A stretch of DNA of 64,000 nt from an uncultured bacterium (GTDB taxonomy: Bacteria; Chlamydiota; Chlamydiia; Chlamydiales; Rhabdochlamydiaceae): contig CAYTOK010000006.1 in the NCBI GenBank assembly GCA_964439595.1, positions 6,713 to 70,712 of the forward strand, in the 5' to 3' direction. Of the stretch, positions 8,559 to 18,464 are shown one piece after another. Positions within the stretch are counted from its first letter, which is position 1, and each line of letters starts with the position of its first letter. The position numbers and the translations under genes are program-made. The notes below the pieces were generated by a model, which was given only the letters and a program-made list of their open reading frames with translations, was not told the origin of the DNA and searched no databases.

Positions 8559-9968
8559 ATGAAAATTTTAAGTGTTTCCGAGTTAACGCAGGAAATCAAG
8601 AATCAATTGGAGAAAAACCTTGCTTCTATCTCAGTTAAAGGAGAAGTAATTAATTTAAAAACCCAATCTTCTGGCCACGTATACTTTACACTTAAAGATC
8701 GCGACGCGCAGATTTCTGCTGTGTTATTTAAGGGAGCCTCTAAATCAATTACGAGGCCACTTAAAGAGGGTGATAGCGTAGTTGTAAAAGGAGAAATAAC
8801 TGTTTATTCTCCGAGAGGAACCTATCAAATTTTAGTAAGAGAAATTACCTATTATGGAATCGGAGAGCTTTTAGCTAAACTTCATGAGCGCAAAAATAGA
8901 CTCCAGGCGCTTGGCTACTTTGCTAAGGAGCGAAAAAAGCGACTCCCCGCCTTTCCCAAAGTAATAGGGGTTGTTACAAGCCCAACGGGCGCTGTCATCC
9001 AAGATATTATCCATGTCTTACAAAGAAGACACTCCGGCTTTCAGCTTCTTTTAAATCCTGTTAAAGTACAAGGAGAAGGGGCTAAAGAAGAAATAGCCAG
9101 GGCTATTGATGACTTTAATAAACATCATTTGGTAGACCTTATTATAGTAGGAAGAGGTGGAGGCAGCTTAGAAGATCTCTGGGCATTTAATGAAGAGATT
9201 GTAGTAGAGGCTATCGTGCGCTCTGTTATTCCTATTATTTCTGCCGTGGGACATGAAACAGATTTTTCTTTAAGTGATTTTGCTGCAGATATTAGAGCTC
9301 CAACACCTTCTGCTGCTGCAGAGATTGCTCTTACAGCCAAAGAGCAGCATGTTAAATTTCTTGAGCAAACAAAAGAAAGGATACACTCCCAAGCAAAATC
9401 TCTTTTGCTTCGCTTAAAAAAACAAATAGAAGGAGCTGTAAAAAACCCTTACATAGTTTCCCCTTATCTTCTTTTATCTCGAAGAATCCAGGGACTTGAT
9501 GATATTAAGGGGCAAATCACACATTCCACAAACTCTTTTTTAAAACAGAAAAAGCTAGAGCTTTTGTCTTTAGATAAGCAAAAAAAAGCTTTAGAGCCTT
9601 CTTATCGCATTCAAAACACTAAAAACAAACTCTCTTCTTTACGAAATGCTTATGTTGCTACTTTAAAGCAGCTTCTTAGGGAAAGAAAAAAAATATTTAA
9701 CAAAGATGACCTGCAAAAAAAACTCGATAGTGCTTTTTCAATTTCAATAAAAAAGAAAAAAGAAAACTTATCCAAGCTTACCGCTCACCTAGTCTCTATA
9801 GATCCAAAAAATCTTTTAGCAAAAGGTTACTGCATTCTCTTTTCGGAAAACCAAGATTCAGTTATCCTTTCTACAAAGCAGGTTTCTTTAGAAAAGAACC
9901 TAAAAATCCAGCTAAAAGATGGTGTTATTACAGCCAAACCGCAAGAGGTCATTTATGAGTCCCCCTGA
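8559..9968 (+). CDS. xseA: Exodeoxyribonuclease VII large subunit
   Basis: 469 aa. N-terminal OB fold (VKGEVINLKTQSSGHVYFTLKD), GVVTSPTGAVIQDI, GRGGGSLEDLWAFNEE, SAVGHETD, and a long helical C-terminus. Confidence 0.93.
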   Translation: MKILSVSELTQEIKNQLEKNLASISVKGEVINLKTQSSGHVYFTLKDRDAQISAVLFKGASKSITRPLKEGDSVVVKGEITVYSPRGTYQILVREITYYGIGELLAKLHERKNRLQALGYFAKERKKRLPAFPKVIGVVTSPTGAVIQDIIHVLQRRHSGFQLLLNPVKVQGEGAKEEIARAIDDFNKHHLVDLIIVGRGGGSLEDLWAFNEEIVVEAIVRSVIPIISAVGHETDFSLSDFAADIRAPTPSAAAEIALTAKEQHVKFLEQTKERIHSQAKSLLLRLKKQIEGAVKNPYIVSPYLLLSRRIQGLDDIKGQITHSTNSFLKQKKLELLSLDKQKKALEPSYRIQNTKNKLSSLRNAYVATLKQLLRERKKIFNKDDLQKKLDSAFSISIKKKKENLSKLTAHLVSIDPKNLLAKGYCILFSENQDSVILSTKQVSLEKNLKIQLKDGVITAKPQEVIYESP

Positions 9969-10224
9969 CACACTAAGTTTTGAAAAAGCATTCTCTCGTC
10001 TAGAAGAAATTTTAGAAAAAATGAATGGAGGATCTCTATCTTTAGAAGACTCTATTCGACTTTATGAAGAAGCAGATAAACTCATTCAACTTTGCAGCGG
10101 GAAACTTATCCAAGCCGAAGCTAAAATTGAAATGCTCGTTAAAAATAGAGAAGGAGATCTTCTACTTTCTGAGGCAGGAACACCTTTAACTCAGCCACTA
10201 CTTTCCTCATCGAGGCTTGATTAA
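9955..10224 (+). CDS. xseB: Exodeoxyribonuclease VII small subunit
   Basis: 89 aa from the ATG at 9955, a 14-nt overlap with xse[41 protein letters not shown] is typical XseB. Confidence 0.88.
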   Translation: MSPPDTLSFEKAFSRLEEILEKMNGGSLSLEDSIRLYEEADKLIQLCSGKLIQAEAKIEMLVKNREGDLLLSEAGTPLTQPLLSSSRLD

Positions 10225-12116
10225 TGAAAAAAAAGCTATCCTCCATTACCTGTCCTAAAGACCTTAAGCTTCTTTCTATTAATGACCTAGAAGAAGTAGC
10301 CTCGGATATTAGGCAAACAATTATTGACGTTCTTTCTGTTAACGGAGGACACCTAGCTTCTAATCTAGGCATAGTAGAGCTAACTTTAGCAATGCATTAT
10401 GTATTTGATTCTCCTAAGGATCAATTTCTTTTTGACGTAAGTCATCAAACATACCCGCATAAACTGGTAACAGGACGACAAGCAAAATTTGCTAAAATTA
10501 GACAAACGCAAGGGCTTTGCGGGTTCAGCCACCCAAAAGAATCTCCCCATGATCTTTTTTTTGCAGGTCATGCAGGCACAGCCCTTTCTTTAGGACTCGG
10601 TCTTGCTAAAGCAAGAGACCTTCAAAAAGAAGAATATCATGTCCTTCCTGTTTTAGGTGACGCAAGTCTAACCTGTGGTCTTACATTAGAAGCCTTAAAT
10701 AACATCCCTAGGGAATTACAAAAATTTATAGTCATCTTAAATGACAATAACATGTCTATTTCTCAAAACGTAGGAGCCATTACAAATATTTTAAGTCGTT
10801 TTCTTTCTAATCCCACCTCAAATAAAATATTTCATGACATAGAAACTCTCCTTTCAAAGATTCCGAATGTGGGAACAAAACTTGCTAAACAGGGACAAAA
10901 ATGTACGGAGTCTCTTAAGAACTTAGTAAGCACAGCTCCCTTTTTTGAGCAATTTGGGCTCTCCTATATAGGACCTATAGACGGCCATGACATAGGAAAG
11001 CTAGTTGATGTATTACAGGCTTTAAAAAACAACCCCAAACCCACTTTGCTTCATGTGCTTACCACTAAAGGCAAAGGTCTTAGTACAGCAATAGAAAATC
11101 CCACCGGGTACCATGGGTGTAAACCTTTTGATAAAACAACAGGGGTTTTTCATGCTTCCCCACCAGTTCCTACTTTTCCTCAAATTTTTGGCAAGCATCT
11201 ACTGCAAATGGCAGAAAAAAACCCTTCTATTATAGCAATCACTCCAGCTATGACAGCCGGGTCTTGCTTAGATGCCTTTTTACAAAAATTCCCAGAAAGA
11301 TGCTTAGATGTAGGTATAGCAGAAGGTCATGCAGTAACATTTGCAGGAGCGATTGCCTCACAAAAAAAAGCTAAAGTTTTTTGCAGCATCTACGCAACTT
11401 TTCTACAAAGAGCTCTTGATAATGTATTCCATGATGTATGTTTACAAGACTCCCCCGTCATCTTTGCTATTGATAGAGCAGGAATTTCAGGACCCGATGG
11501 ATCTACACACCACGGAATCTACGATATAAGCTTTTTGCAGGCAATGCCTAATATGGTGATTTGTCAACCAAGAACAGGGCATGTACTCAAAGAACTTTTA
11601 GAAAGTAGCCTTAGCTGGAATAAAGTAACAGCGATCCGTTATCCTAATATGGCAACAGAGGAAAGTGACTCTCCTTTGCAAAATAGAGAGTTAGGCAAAG
11701 GGGAAATTTTATCTAAAGGAGAAAATATTTTACTTATTTCCCTTGGACATATGAATATAGCGGCACTAAACATAAAAGAGAAACTCTTAAAAGAAGGACT
11801 TAACCTAACAATTGTTGATCCTATTTTTGTAAAGCCTCTAGATGCAGATCTTTTAATAAGTCTTATCTCTTCTCATAAATATGTGGTCACTTTAGAGGAA
11901 CACGCAGTGCAAGGAGGACTTGGTACTGCCATCAATAAACTCATCATAGAAAATGAACTTACTCCTGAAAAAATACTAAATTTAGGAATTGGAGATGTGT
12001 TCTTAGAGCATGGCAGCTATAAAGACGTTCTTTTTGAAGCAGGTCTATCCGATGAGCAGGTTATCCAATCGATTTTATTAGAATGTAGCGACTTGCAATT
12101 AGTGAACTCTCCATGA
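10224..12116 (+). CDS. dxs: 1-deoxy-D-xylulose-5-phosphate synthase
   Basis: 630 aa. [48 protein letters not shown] motif [33 protein letters not shown] overlap with xseB. Confidence 0.95.
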   Translation: MKKKLSSITCPKDLKLLSINDLEEVASDIRQTIIDVLSVNGGHLASNLGIVELTLAMHYVFDSPKDQFLFDVSHQTYPHKLVTGRQAKFAKIRQTQGLCGFSHPKESPHDLFFAGHAGTALSLGLGLAKARDLQKEEYHVLPVLGDASLTCGLTLEALNNIPRELQKFIVILNDNNMSISQNVGAITNILSRFLSNPTSNKIFHDIETLLSKIPNVGTKLAKQGQKCTESLKNLVSTAPFFEQFGLSYIGPIDGHDIGKLVDVLQALKNNPKPTLLHVLTTKGKGLSTAIENPTGYHGCKPFDKTTGVFHASPPVPTFPQIFGKHLLQMAEKNPSIIAITPAMTAGSCLDAFLQKFPERCLDVGIAEGHAVTFAGAIASQKKAKVFCSIYATFLQRALDNVFHDVCLQDSPVIFAIDRAGISGPDGSTHHGIYDISFLQAMPNMVICQPRTGHVLKELLESSLSWNKVTAIRYPNMATEESDSPLQNRELGKGEILSKGENILLISLGHMNIAALNIKEKLLKEGLNLTIVDPIFVKPLDADLLISLISSHKYVVTLEEHAVQGGLGTAINKLIIENELTPEKILNLGIGDVFLEHGSYKDVLFEAGLSDEQVIQSILLECSDLQLVNSP

Positions 12117-12952
12117 TTATAGCTCTTTTTGTAAACACTTCCAAAAATCAAGCCAAAAGTTTGGCTTTAGGTGTTGTAGAATTTCTTCTGACCCATCATA
12201 TTAGCGTGGTAGCAGAAGATGAAACTGCAACAGCTTTGGGCCTTAAATCTCTTAAGGACACAGACCCAACGCTAATAGATTTTTGCATCTCTATGGGTGG
12301 AGATGGAACTATACTGCAACTCATTCACTCTTATCCTAATCTAACAGCTCCTGTTTTAGGGATCAATTTAGGCCATTTAGGATTTATGGCAGATGTTCCT
12401 ACCTCCGATCTTTATCCAAGCCTGCAAGATCTTATCTCCGGACAGTATAAGATAGATAAACGTTTGATGATCCAGGGAGAATCTCCCCATAAAGACCGGT
12501 GCTTTGCTTTAAACGACATTGTAATTCATAGAGCGAAAAACCATAGTCTTGTAGAGATCTCTATTCATGTAGATGGTGTCTATGTAAATACTTTTGAAGC
12601 TGACGGTATTATCATTGCTACGCCAAACGGCTCTACAGCATACTCTTTAGCAGCAGGAGGCCCTATCCTTAGCCCCAATTTAGAAGCTTTAGTTCTCACT
12701 CCGATAAGTCCTCACACCATTTCTAATCGTCCCATCGTTCTTACAGCCAATCAAGAAATCCAAATACAATATTTAAGTGATTATGAAGAAGTAGAGGTAC
12801 GAGCTGATGGACTGGAGAGCTTTTGCCTAAAACCGGGAGAGGTATTTAAAATAACTAGATACGCCAAACCTTTTCAATTAGTAAGCCTTTTTAGAAGAGA
12901 CTACTTTTCCACACTCCGCACCAAACTAAGCTGGTCCGGAAAGTTACGATAA
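12113..12952 (+). CDS. nadK: NAD(+) kinase
   Basis: 279 aa. [41 protein letters not shown] overlap with dxs. Confidence 0.93.
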   Translation: MIIALFVNTSKNQAKSLALGVVEFLLTHHISVVAEDETATALGLKSLKDTDPTLIDFCISMGGDGTILQLIHSYPNLTAPVLGINLGHLGFMADVPTSDLYPSLQDLISGQYKIDKRLMIQGESPHKDRCFALNDIVIHRAKNHSLVEISIHVDGVYVNTFEADGIIIATPNGSTAYSLAAGGPILSPNLEALVLTPISPHTISNRPIVLTANQEIQIQYLSDYEEVEVRADGLESFCLKPGEVFKITRYAKPFQLVSLFRRDYFSTLRTKLSWSGKLR

Positions 12953-13097
12953 TTTTACTTTTACAGCAGGGAGAATGGGACACGCTGCTTTGGAAGCGGT
13001 GCTAGCTCTTTTCCCTTAATCTACAGCTTAACTGAGCTAAGATCTTGGTTTTTAGAGTATTCAACTAAAATGCCTGCATAAATATTTCCTTCAATAA

Positions 13098-13129
13098 AAA
13101 CACTATTAATATTGATATTAATAGTGTTT
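13098..13129. promoter_or_regulatory. Perfect 32-bp palindrome (15-bp arms, 2-bp centre); candidate operator or 5'-UTR hairpin
   Basis: AAACACTATTAATAT-TG-ATATTAATAGTGTTT, ending 44 bp upstream of the ATG at 13173. Confidence 0.5.
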
Positions 13130-13172
13130 CCTGAGAAAATAGTTTTTAAAAAATGACTATATAAGGAATTCT

Positions 13173-15263
13173 ATGGATATTAGAGTATATCTTCCAAGAG
13201 AAAGAATAGAACTACCCAGAGTCCAGGATTGTTTACGGGAAAACCTACTAGCTGCAAAGGAAAGGACTGCCTCAGAAATAACAATCTTTGCTCTTGGAAT
13301 CCTATTTTCTGCAGCATTTTTCCCCCTTCTTCCACTTAGATCACGCTTCTGCTGCTACATGAATTCCCATTTTTTTACGATTACTTCGGCAGATAACCTG
13401 AATAGATTCAAAAATGAAATAGGCACTAAAGCTGCGCGTTTTTTACACTATTTAGACACTTGTACCGCACAAGCTGTAGGAATGTTCTTTTTATTAAAAA
13501 CTCTTGAAGTTTCTTTTATAGCGCTATCTACTTTAAATCCTGTTGCAGGGCTATATGGTTTAGCTTTTTTTGCTGTTACAGGTGGACACTTGCTTCCTAT
13601 TGCAAAGGAGAAACTTTTTCACACTCTTTACTTTTCTGAGTCAAGTCAAGAAAAAGAAAATAAAGTTACTGATTTATTAACTTTTGCAACCAATCTTTCC
13701 CAAAAAGAAATCCCCGCATACCAGGATTCCATAATTGCTGAAAAAGCACTTTCTGCACTTCCTATAGAGAGCATTAAAATTTTAGTAGAGCAAGCGCCGC
13801 AAGTATATACAAAAGAGCTTCTAGAAAGGTATTATTTAACTCCGGAAAGGCGAAAGTTGCTACACCTAGAAGAAATAGCAGAGCCCACTTCTTTAATCGA
13901 GAGTGAGGTCTTAAAAGACTGGAATGAGCGAGTCGAAGCGGTGATTCAAGAAGACATTTCAAATGAAGAAAAAATAGCAGCTCTACGTGAAGAAAAAAAA
14001 TCTTTACACAAAGAAGAAGAAAATGTAGTCACCGACTTATTAGCCTTTGCTAAGAAAATTCAACAAGGGCAACCTGCCCAATACAGCGTTTTAAACTTAC
14101 TAAAGAAACCTTGCCCAGAGAAAATCCCCGCATACCAAGATTTTATAATAGCTCAAAAAATACTTTCTATACTTTCTCCAGAAAGCATTAAAACTTTAAT
14201 GGAGAAAGCTCCACATGTATACGAAAAAGCTCTTATACAAAGAGCTAAATTGTCTACTGCAAGGCAAGAGTCGTTACAAGTAGACGCTGATTTCACACCC
14301 TCTCATAGAGTCTTTAGCGAATGGAATAAGCGATTAAACGCCGTTTCTGAAAACGCCATTTTACATGAGGAAAAAAGAAATCTCTTGCGCAAAGAAAAAG
14401 ATCTTCTCCATAAAGAGTGGCGAATGAAGTATAAAACAATCGTAAATACAGTCTCCCCACAGCAAAGAGTAGGGTGTTTATCAAATCTAGAAAGACTTGA
14501 TTTCCAGGGTTTAGAGGAAGGTTTTCTTACTTTTACTAGTAATGAGTGGGAGACAATATCTTCAGCGTTAAAATTCCCTAAATCTGCTAATTTCTCATTA
14601 AATATACAAAATGGATTTGCAGCCTACGGCCTTTACATAGCCCAAGACTTTCTTGATACTAAAGTAGAGGTTATGAATCCTGATACAAATGAAGTGGAGC
14701 TTAAAACGCTACACTGGCTTAGTGTTCAAGAAAATCCATTTAACCTACGAAAAAACCTCACTCCCTTTATTGATGCGATAAAAGCGCTAGCTACTGATTC
14801 GAGAGAACTTCCAAGTGTAGCTCCACAAATTTTCCCCTATCAAAGAACATTTCACCACGTCATTAAATTAACTTCTGTAGCTCTTTGGATTGCTCTAAAT
14901 CCTATACCGGTTATAGCTGGAATTGCAATAGCCACTTTTTTACAATTTGGTCTTAACTTACGCGTAAGTTCTTTAGAAGACTTTCTAAGAACAAGAACTC
15001 TAAGCTCTGATATTCCAAACTCTTATGAAATAATTTCAATAGATAATCGCTTACAGGTACTCTTTGCAAAAACCGTATGCCTTTCAATCGGATTTTTTGG
15101 AGCTAGTCTTCTACCTGGAATGCTCGGAGCTATCGCTCCAGGGTTGTTTGCAGGATTCTTTTTAGGTTCAGAGGTTAAAGAATATACAGAGCAACTCTTT
15201 GGTTCCCATCCCCCCTCGCGCGAAAATTCCCAATCAGACTTTACTCTAGGAGAATTTGTATAA
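13173..15263 (+). CDS. Lineage-specific polytopic membrane protein with an internally duplicated helical module
   Basis: 696 aa. Hydrophobic hairpins lie near the N-terminus (ITIFALGILFSAAFFPLLPL; FIALSTLNPVAGLYGLAFFAVTGG) and the C-terminus (LTSVALWIALNPIPVIAGIAIATFLQ; LSIGFFGASLLPGMLGAIAPGLFAGFFLG). The central part is hydrophilic and duplicated. I recognise no family. Confidence 0.6.
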   Translation: MDIRVYLPRERIELPRVQDCLRENLLAAKERTASEITIFALGILFSAAFFPLLPLRSRFCCYMNSHFFTITSADNLNRFKNEIGTKAARFLHYLDTCTAQAVGMFFLLKTLEVSFIALSTLNPVAGLYGLAFFAVTGGHLLPIAKEKLFHTLYFSESSQEKENKVTDLLTFATNLSQKEIPAYQDSIIAEKALSALPIESIKILVEQAPQVYTKELLERYYLTPERRKLLHLEEIAEPTSLIESEVLKDWNERVEAVIQEDISNEEKIAALREEKKSLHKEEENVVTDLLAFAKKIQQGQPAQYSVLNLLKKPCPEKIPAYQDFIIAQKILSILSPESIKTLMEKAPHVYEKALIQRAKLSTARQESLQVDADFTPSHRVFSEWNKRLNAVSENAILHEEKRNLLRKEKDLLHKEWRMKYKTIVNTVSPQQRVGCLSNLERLDFQGLEEGFLTFTSNEWETISSALKFPKSANFSLNIQNGFAAYGLYIAQDFLDTKVEVMNPDTNEVELKTLHWLSVQENPFNLRKNLTPFIDAIKALATDSRELPSVAPQIFPYQRTFHHVIKLTSVALWIALNPIPVIAGIAIATFLQFGLNLRVSSLEDFLRTRTLSSDIPNSYEIISIDNRLQVLFAKTVCLSIGFFGASLLPGMLGAIAPGLFAGFFLGSEVKEYTEQLFGSHPPSRENSQSDFTLGEFV
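13656..14420 (+). repeat. Intragenic tandem duplication (363 nt / 121 aa, then ~402 nt)
   Basis: Copy 1 is ENKVTDLLTFATNL..KEIPAYQDSIIAEKALSALPIESIKILVEQAPQVYTKELL...WNERVEAV...EEKIAALREEKKSLHKEE. Copy 2 is ENVVTDLLAFAKKI..EKIPAYQDFIIAQKILSILSPESIKTLMEKAPHVYEKALI...WNKRLNAV...EEKRNLLRKEKDLLHKEW. Similarity is also visible at the nucleotide level. Confidence 0.85.
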
Positions 15264-15303
15264 ACACTCTTATTATACTAGTAACAATTTATAAGGGATT
15301 TCT

Positions 15304-16434
15304 ATGATTGTAACACCCACGCAGATACCAAGAACTCAGATTAAAGAATGTTTAGAAGAAACACTCCTTTCCGTACAAGAAAAAACAGTTACTGAAATAG
15401 CTCTGACTTCTTTAGCGCTAGTTGCTCTTATTGCAGTAAGTGTTTTTTCAACCACCCTAGTTGGTTTTGCTATAGGAACTGGAATTCCGCAAATAGTCCT
15501 AAGAAATTCTTCACCGCTCTTGTTTCACCCCCATATGTTTTTTAGAGGAATCGCAAATGTGTTTTGGGGGAGCCTTTTTATAAAGATCGCAATTTTTACA
15601 GCTACTATCGCTATAAACACCTTAAATCCAGCTGCAGGTCTTATAGCTTTAGGTTGCTTTGCTGTTGCGGGCGGGTATGCCTTTCCTTTTGCTAAGGCAC
15701 ATTTACTTCCTGTTTTAATACCATTTTTAAAAACAAAAGAGCAAGAAAACGAAATTATTACCTCTTTAATGCATGACGTAAGATCTGTAGAGCACTACAA
15801 CGAAATTGTCACCGTACAAAATGAAATAGCTACAAAGAGAACTCTTTCTACTCTAACAACAAAAATGATCCAGTCGCTTATGCAAAAAGCGCCTCATGTT
15901 TATACAGAAGATTTCGTCCGCTTGCAGTTGAGCCCTTCTAGATTTAGTAAATTGGAGAATCTACCGCCACCGGCTGATAATGTAGAAGAGCAGCCTGAAA
16001 TAGTCACTATTCATCCGTATCAGAAGGTATTTCACCACGCTATCTTTCTTCTTAGTTTTTCTCTTTTTGTGGCTTTAAATCCCATCCCTACAATAGCAGG
16101 AGTGGCTTGCATGATTTTTTTACAGCAAGATGTAACATTTAGACAGTGGGCCCAAAATCAAGAAGCTACTCTTGATCCGGAGCAACGAGCTATTTGGACT
16201 CAAATACAACCTATTGATACCACCTTACAAAAGGTTTTCTTTCGAACTACAGTAGCAACGGCTGCTACTGGAGTAGCATTTATTTTGTTAGGGTCAATAG
16301 GTGCAGGCTTAGCAACGAGCTATTTTATAAGCTCAACTATAACAGTCTATACTAAACCGCATCTACCCACATGCGACATACTTGGCCCCTCTTACTCTTT
16401 TATGGAAGCTCCTATAGGAAGCCATTTTACTTAA
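15304..16434 (+). CDS. Paralog of the 13173..15263 membrane protein (single-module version)
   Basis: 376 aa. The N-terminus IPRTQIKECLEETLLSVQEKTVTEIALTSLALV matches LPRVQDCLRENLLAAKERTASEITIFALGIL. It carries one copy of the module (IATKRTLSTLTTKMIQSLMQKAPHVYTEDF). HPYQKVFHHAIFLLSFSLFVALNPIPTIAGVACMIFLQ matches FPYQRTFHHVIKLTSVALWIALNPIPVIAGIAIATFLQ. Confidence 0.6.
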   Translation: MIVTPTQIPRTQIKECLEETLLSVQEKTVTEIALTSLALVALIAVSVFSTTLVGFAIGTGIPQIVLRNSSPLLFHPHMFFRGIANVFWGSLFIKIAIFTATIAINTLNPAAGLIALGCFAVAGGYAFPFAKAHLLPVLIPFLKTKEQENEIITSLMHDVRSVEHYNEIVTVQNEIATKRTLSTLTTKMIQSLMQKAPHVYTEDFVRLQLSPSRFSKLENLPPPADNVEEQPEIVTIHPYQKVFHHAIFLLSFSLFVALNPIPTIAGVACMIFLQQDVTFRQWAQNQEATLDPEQRAIWTQIQPIDTTLQKVFFRTTVATAATGVAFILLGSIGAGLATSYFISSTITVYTKPHLPTCDILGPSYSFMEAPIGSHFT

Positions 16435-16455
16435 AAAATCTTTAAAAATAGATGT

Positions 16456-16485
16456 TTGACAATATCCCTAAAAGATGAGTAAAAT
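16456..16485 (+). promoter_or_regulatory. sigma70-like promoter upstream of glnS
   Basis: TTGACA (16456-16461), 18-nt spacer, TAAAAT (16480-16485), ~57 nt upstream of the glnS ATG. Confidence 0.4.
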
Positions 16486-16542
16486 GCCTCCATATCTAGA
16501 AAAACAACACTCCTATATAACTATTTTTATGAAGGACTCCTC

Positions 16543-18243
16543 ATGCAAGACGTAGAAAAAACAGATGACCACTTACCCGGCAAAGATTTTATTCGTAAGG
16601 TGATAGAAGAAGATGTAAAACGAGGAGTAAATGCTGGTAAGGTGGTGACACGCTTCCCCCCCGAGCCTAATGGCTTTTTACATATAGGTCATGCAAAATC
16701 CATCTGTCTAAACTTTGGTATTGCCGAAGAATATAACACGGTATGCCACCTGCGCTTTGATGATACGGATCCCACCAAAGAAGATGCAAAATATGAAGAG
16801 GCTATACAAGAAGATGTTCATTGGCTCGGATTTGATTGGCACGGGAAACTTTTTCATGCTTCTGATTACTTTGAAAAAATGGTTGAATTTGCCATAGATC
16901 TTATCGAATCAGGGAAAGCGTACGTTTGTGGATTAACTGAAGAAGAAATCCGTGAATATCGAGGCACAGTCACAACCCCAGGAAAGATAAGTCCTTTTGC
17001 CAAACAGTCTGTAGAAGAAAACAAAAAACTATTTGCTCGTATGAGAGCCGGTGAATTTCCTAATGGAGCTTATGTTCTACGCGCCCGTATTGACATGGCC
17101 TCTTCTAATATGAAAATGAGAGATCCCCTCCTTTATAGGATACGCCATGCACACCACTATAGAACAGGAAATACCTGGTGCATATACCCTATGTACGATT
17201 ATGCGCATCCTATATCTGATGCCCTTGAAGGGATTACCCACTCAATCTGCACCTTAGAATTTGAAAATAATAGAGAATTGTACAACTGGGTGTTAGATAA
17301 TATTACAGCAAAATTCCCCTCAAGACCTTCTCAATATGAGTTTGCTAGGTTAGATCTACAAAGTACGGTTATGAGCAAACGAAAACTTCTTCAACTTGTA
17401 GAAGGAAATTATGTAAAGGGATGGGATGACCCTCGACTACCTACCATTGCAGGACTACGAAGAAGGGGCTGCACTCCAGAGTCTCTTAGGAAATTTTGTG
17501 AACTTGTCGGAGTAGCTAAAGCTAATAGCTCTATTGAGATGTCTCAATTCGACTTTTGTCTACGTGATGATTTAAATTCCAAAGCCCCTAGAGTTTTGGC
17601 CGTATTAAACCCTTTAAAAGTCATTATTGACAACTGGGAAGAAGGCTATGTAGACTCTATAGAAGGATCTTACTGGCCCCATGACATCCCTAAAACAGGA
17701 TCTAGAAGCATCCCCTTTACGCGTGAACTCTATATAGAAAAAGAAGATTTTCTAGAAAACCCACCTAAGGATTTTTTTAGGTTAGCGCCAGGAAAAGAAG
17801 TAAGACTTCGCTATGGCTACTGTATAACATGTACCCATGTGGAAAAAGACGCCACGTCTGGTGAGATTATTGCAGTGCATTGCACGTATGACCCCGAAAC
17901 ACGCAGTGGAGGCGCCCCTATAACTCGTAAAATAAAAGGGACGATTCATTGGGTATCTTCTTTAGGTATTTCTGCAACAGTACGTCTTTATAATCCTCTA
18001 TTAATAGATTCAGAAGTGCCTGATGGGGATTTCCTTTCTCACATCAACCCCCATTCTTTAGAAATTTTATCTAACTGCCGACTCGAGTCCTCACTAGAAA
18101 ATGCTAAGCCAGGAGAGCACTATCAGTTTGAAAGGCAAGGATACTTTTTTGTAGATCCGATAGATTCTAAGCCGGGAGCTCCCGTATTTAATAGGGTTGT
18201 AACTCTTAAAGACTCTTGGAGTAAAAAAACTGCTAAACCATAG
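16543..18243 (+). CDS. glnS: Glutaminyl-tRNA synthetase
   Basis: 566 aa. PEPNGFLHIGHAKSICLNFG (HIGH), VMSKRKL (KMSKS type), YPMYDYAHPISDALEGITHSICTLEF, and a GlnRS-type C-terminal anticodon-binding beta-barrel region. Confidence 0.92.
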   Translation: MQDVEKTDDHLPGKDFIRKVIEEDVKRGVNAGKVVTRFPPEPNGFLHIGHAKSICLNFGIAEEYNTVCHLRFDDTDPTKEDAKYEEAIQEDVHWLGFDWHGKLFHASDYFEKMVEFAIDLIESGKAYVCGLTEEEIREYRGTVTTPGKISPFAKQSVEENKKLFARMRAGEFPNGAYVLRARIDMASSNMKMRDPLLYRIRHAHHYRTGNTWCIYPMYDYAHPISDALEGITHSICTLEFENNRELYNWVLDNITAKFPSRPSQYEFARLDLQSTVMSKRKLLQLVEGNYVKGWDDPRLPTIAGLRRRGCTPESLRKFCELVGVAKANSSIEMSQFDFCLRDDLNSKAPRVLAVLNPLKVIIDNWEEGYVDSIEGSYWPHDIPKTGSRSIPFTRELYIEKEDFLENPPKDFFRLAPGKEVRLRYGYCITCTHVEKDATSGEIIAVHCTYDPETRSGGAPITRKIKGTIHWVSSLGISATVRLYNPLLIDSEVPDGDFLSHINPHSLEILSNCRLESSLENAKPGEHYQFERQGYFFVDPIDSKPGAPVFNRVVTLKDSWSKKTAKP

Positions 18244-18272
18244 ACCGGCTTGCTTAAAATAGTCTTTTTTAG

Positions 18273-18308
18273 CTAGCGAAAAGTGATAATACTGTTACTT
18301 TTCGCTAG
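18273..18308 (+). terminator. Hairpin downstream of glnS
   Basis: A 12-bp perfect stem CTAGCGAAAAGT / ACTTTTCGCTAG with a 12-nt loop, 30 nt after the glnS stop. There is no clear U-tract. Confidence 0.4.
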
Positions 18309-18464
18309 ACTAAAGTTCAGAGCACGAGAAATCAAAATAAACTTCTTAACACCTTTCTGCTGCAGCTTGTTGCCTACTTCAATAACAAGAAGTTTATAAA
18401 AAAAATATTTACTTTATTAAGCCATATACTTTATATTAAATTTATAACGCTATTATAGGGAGAT

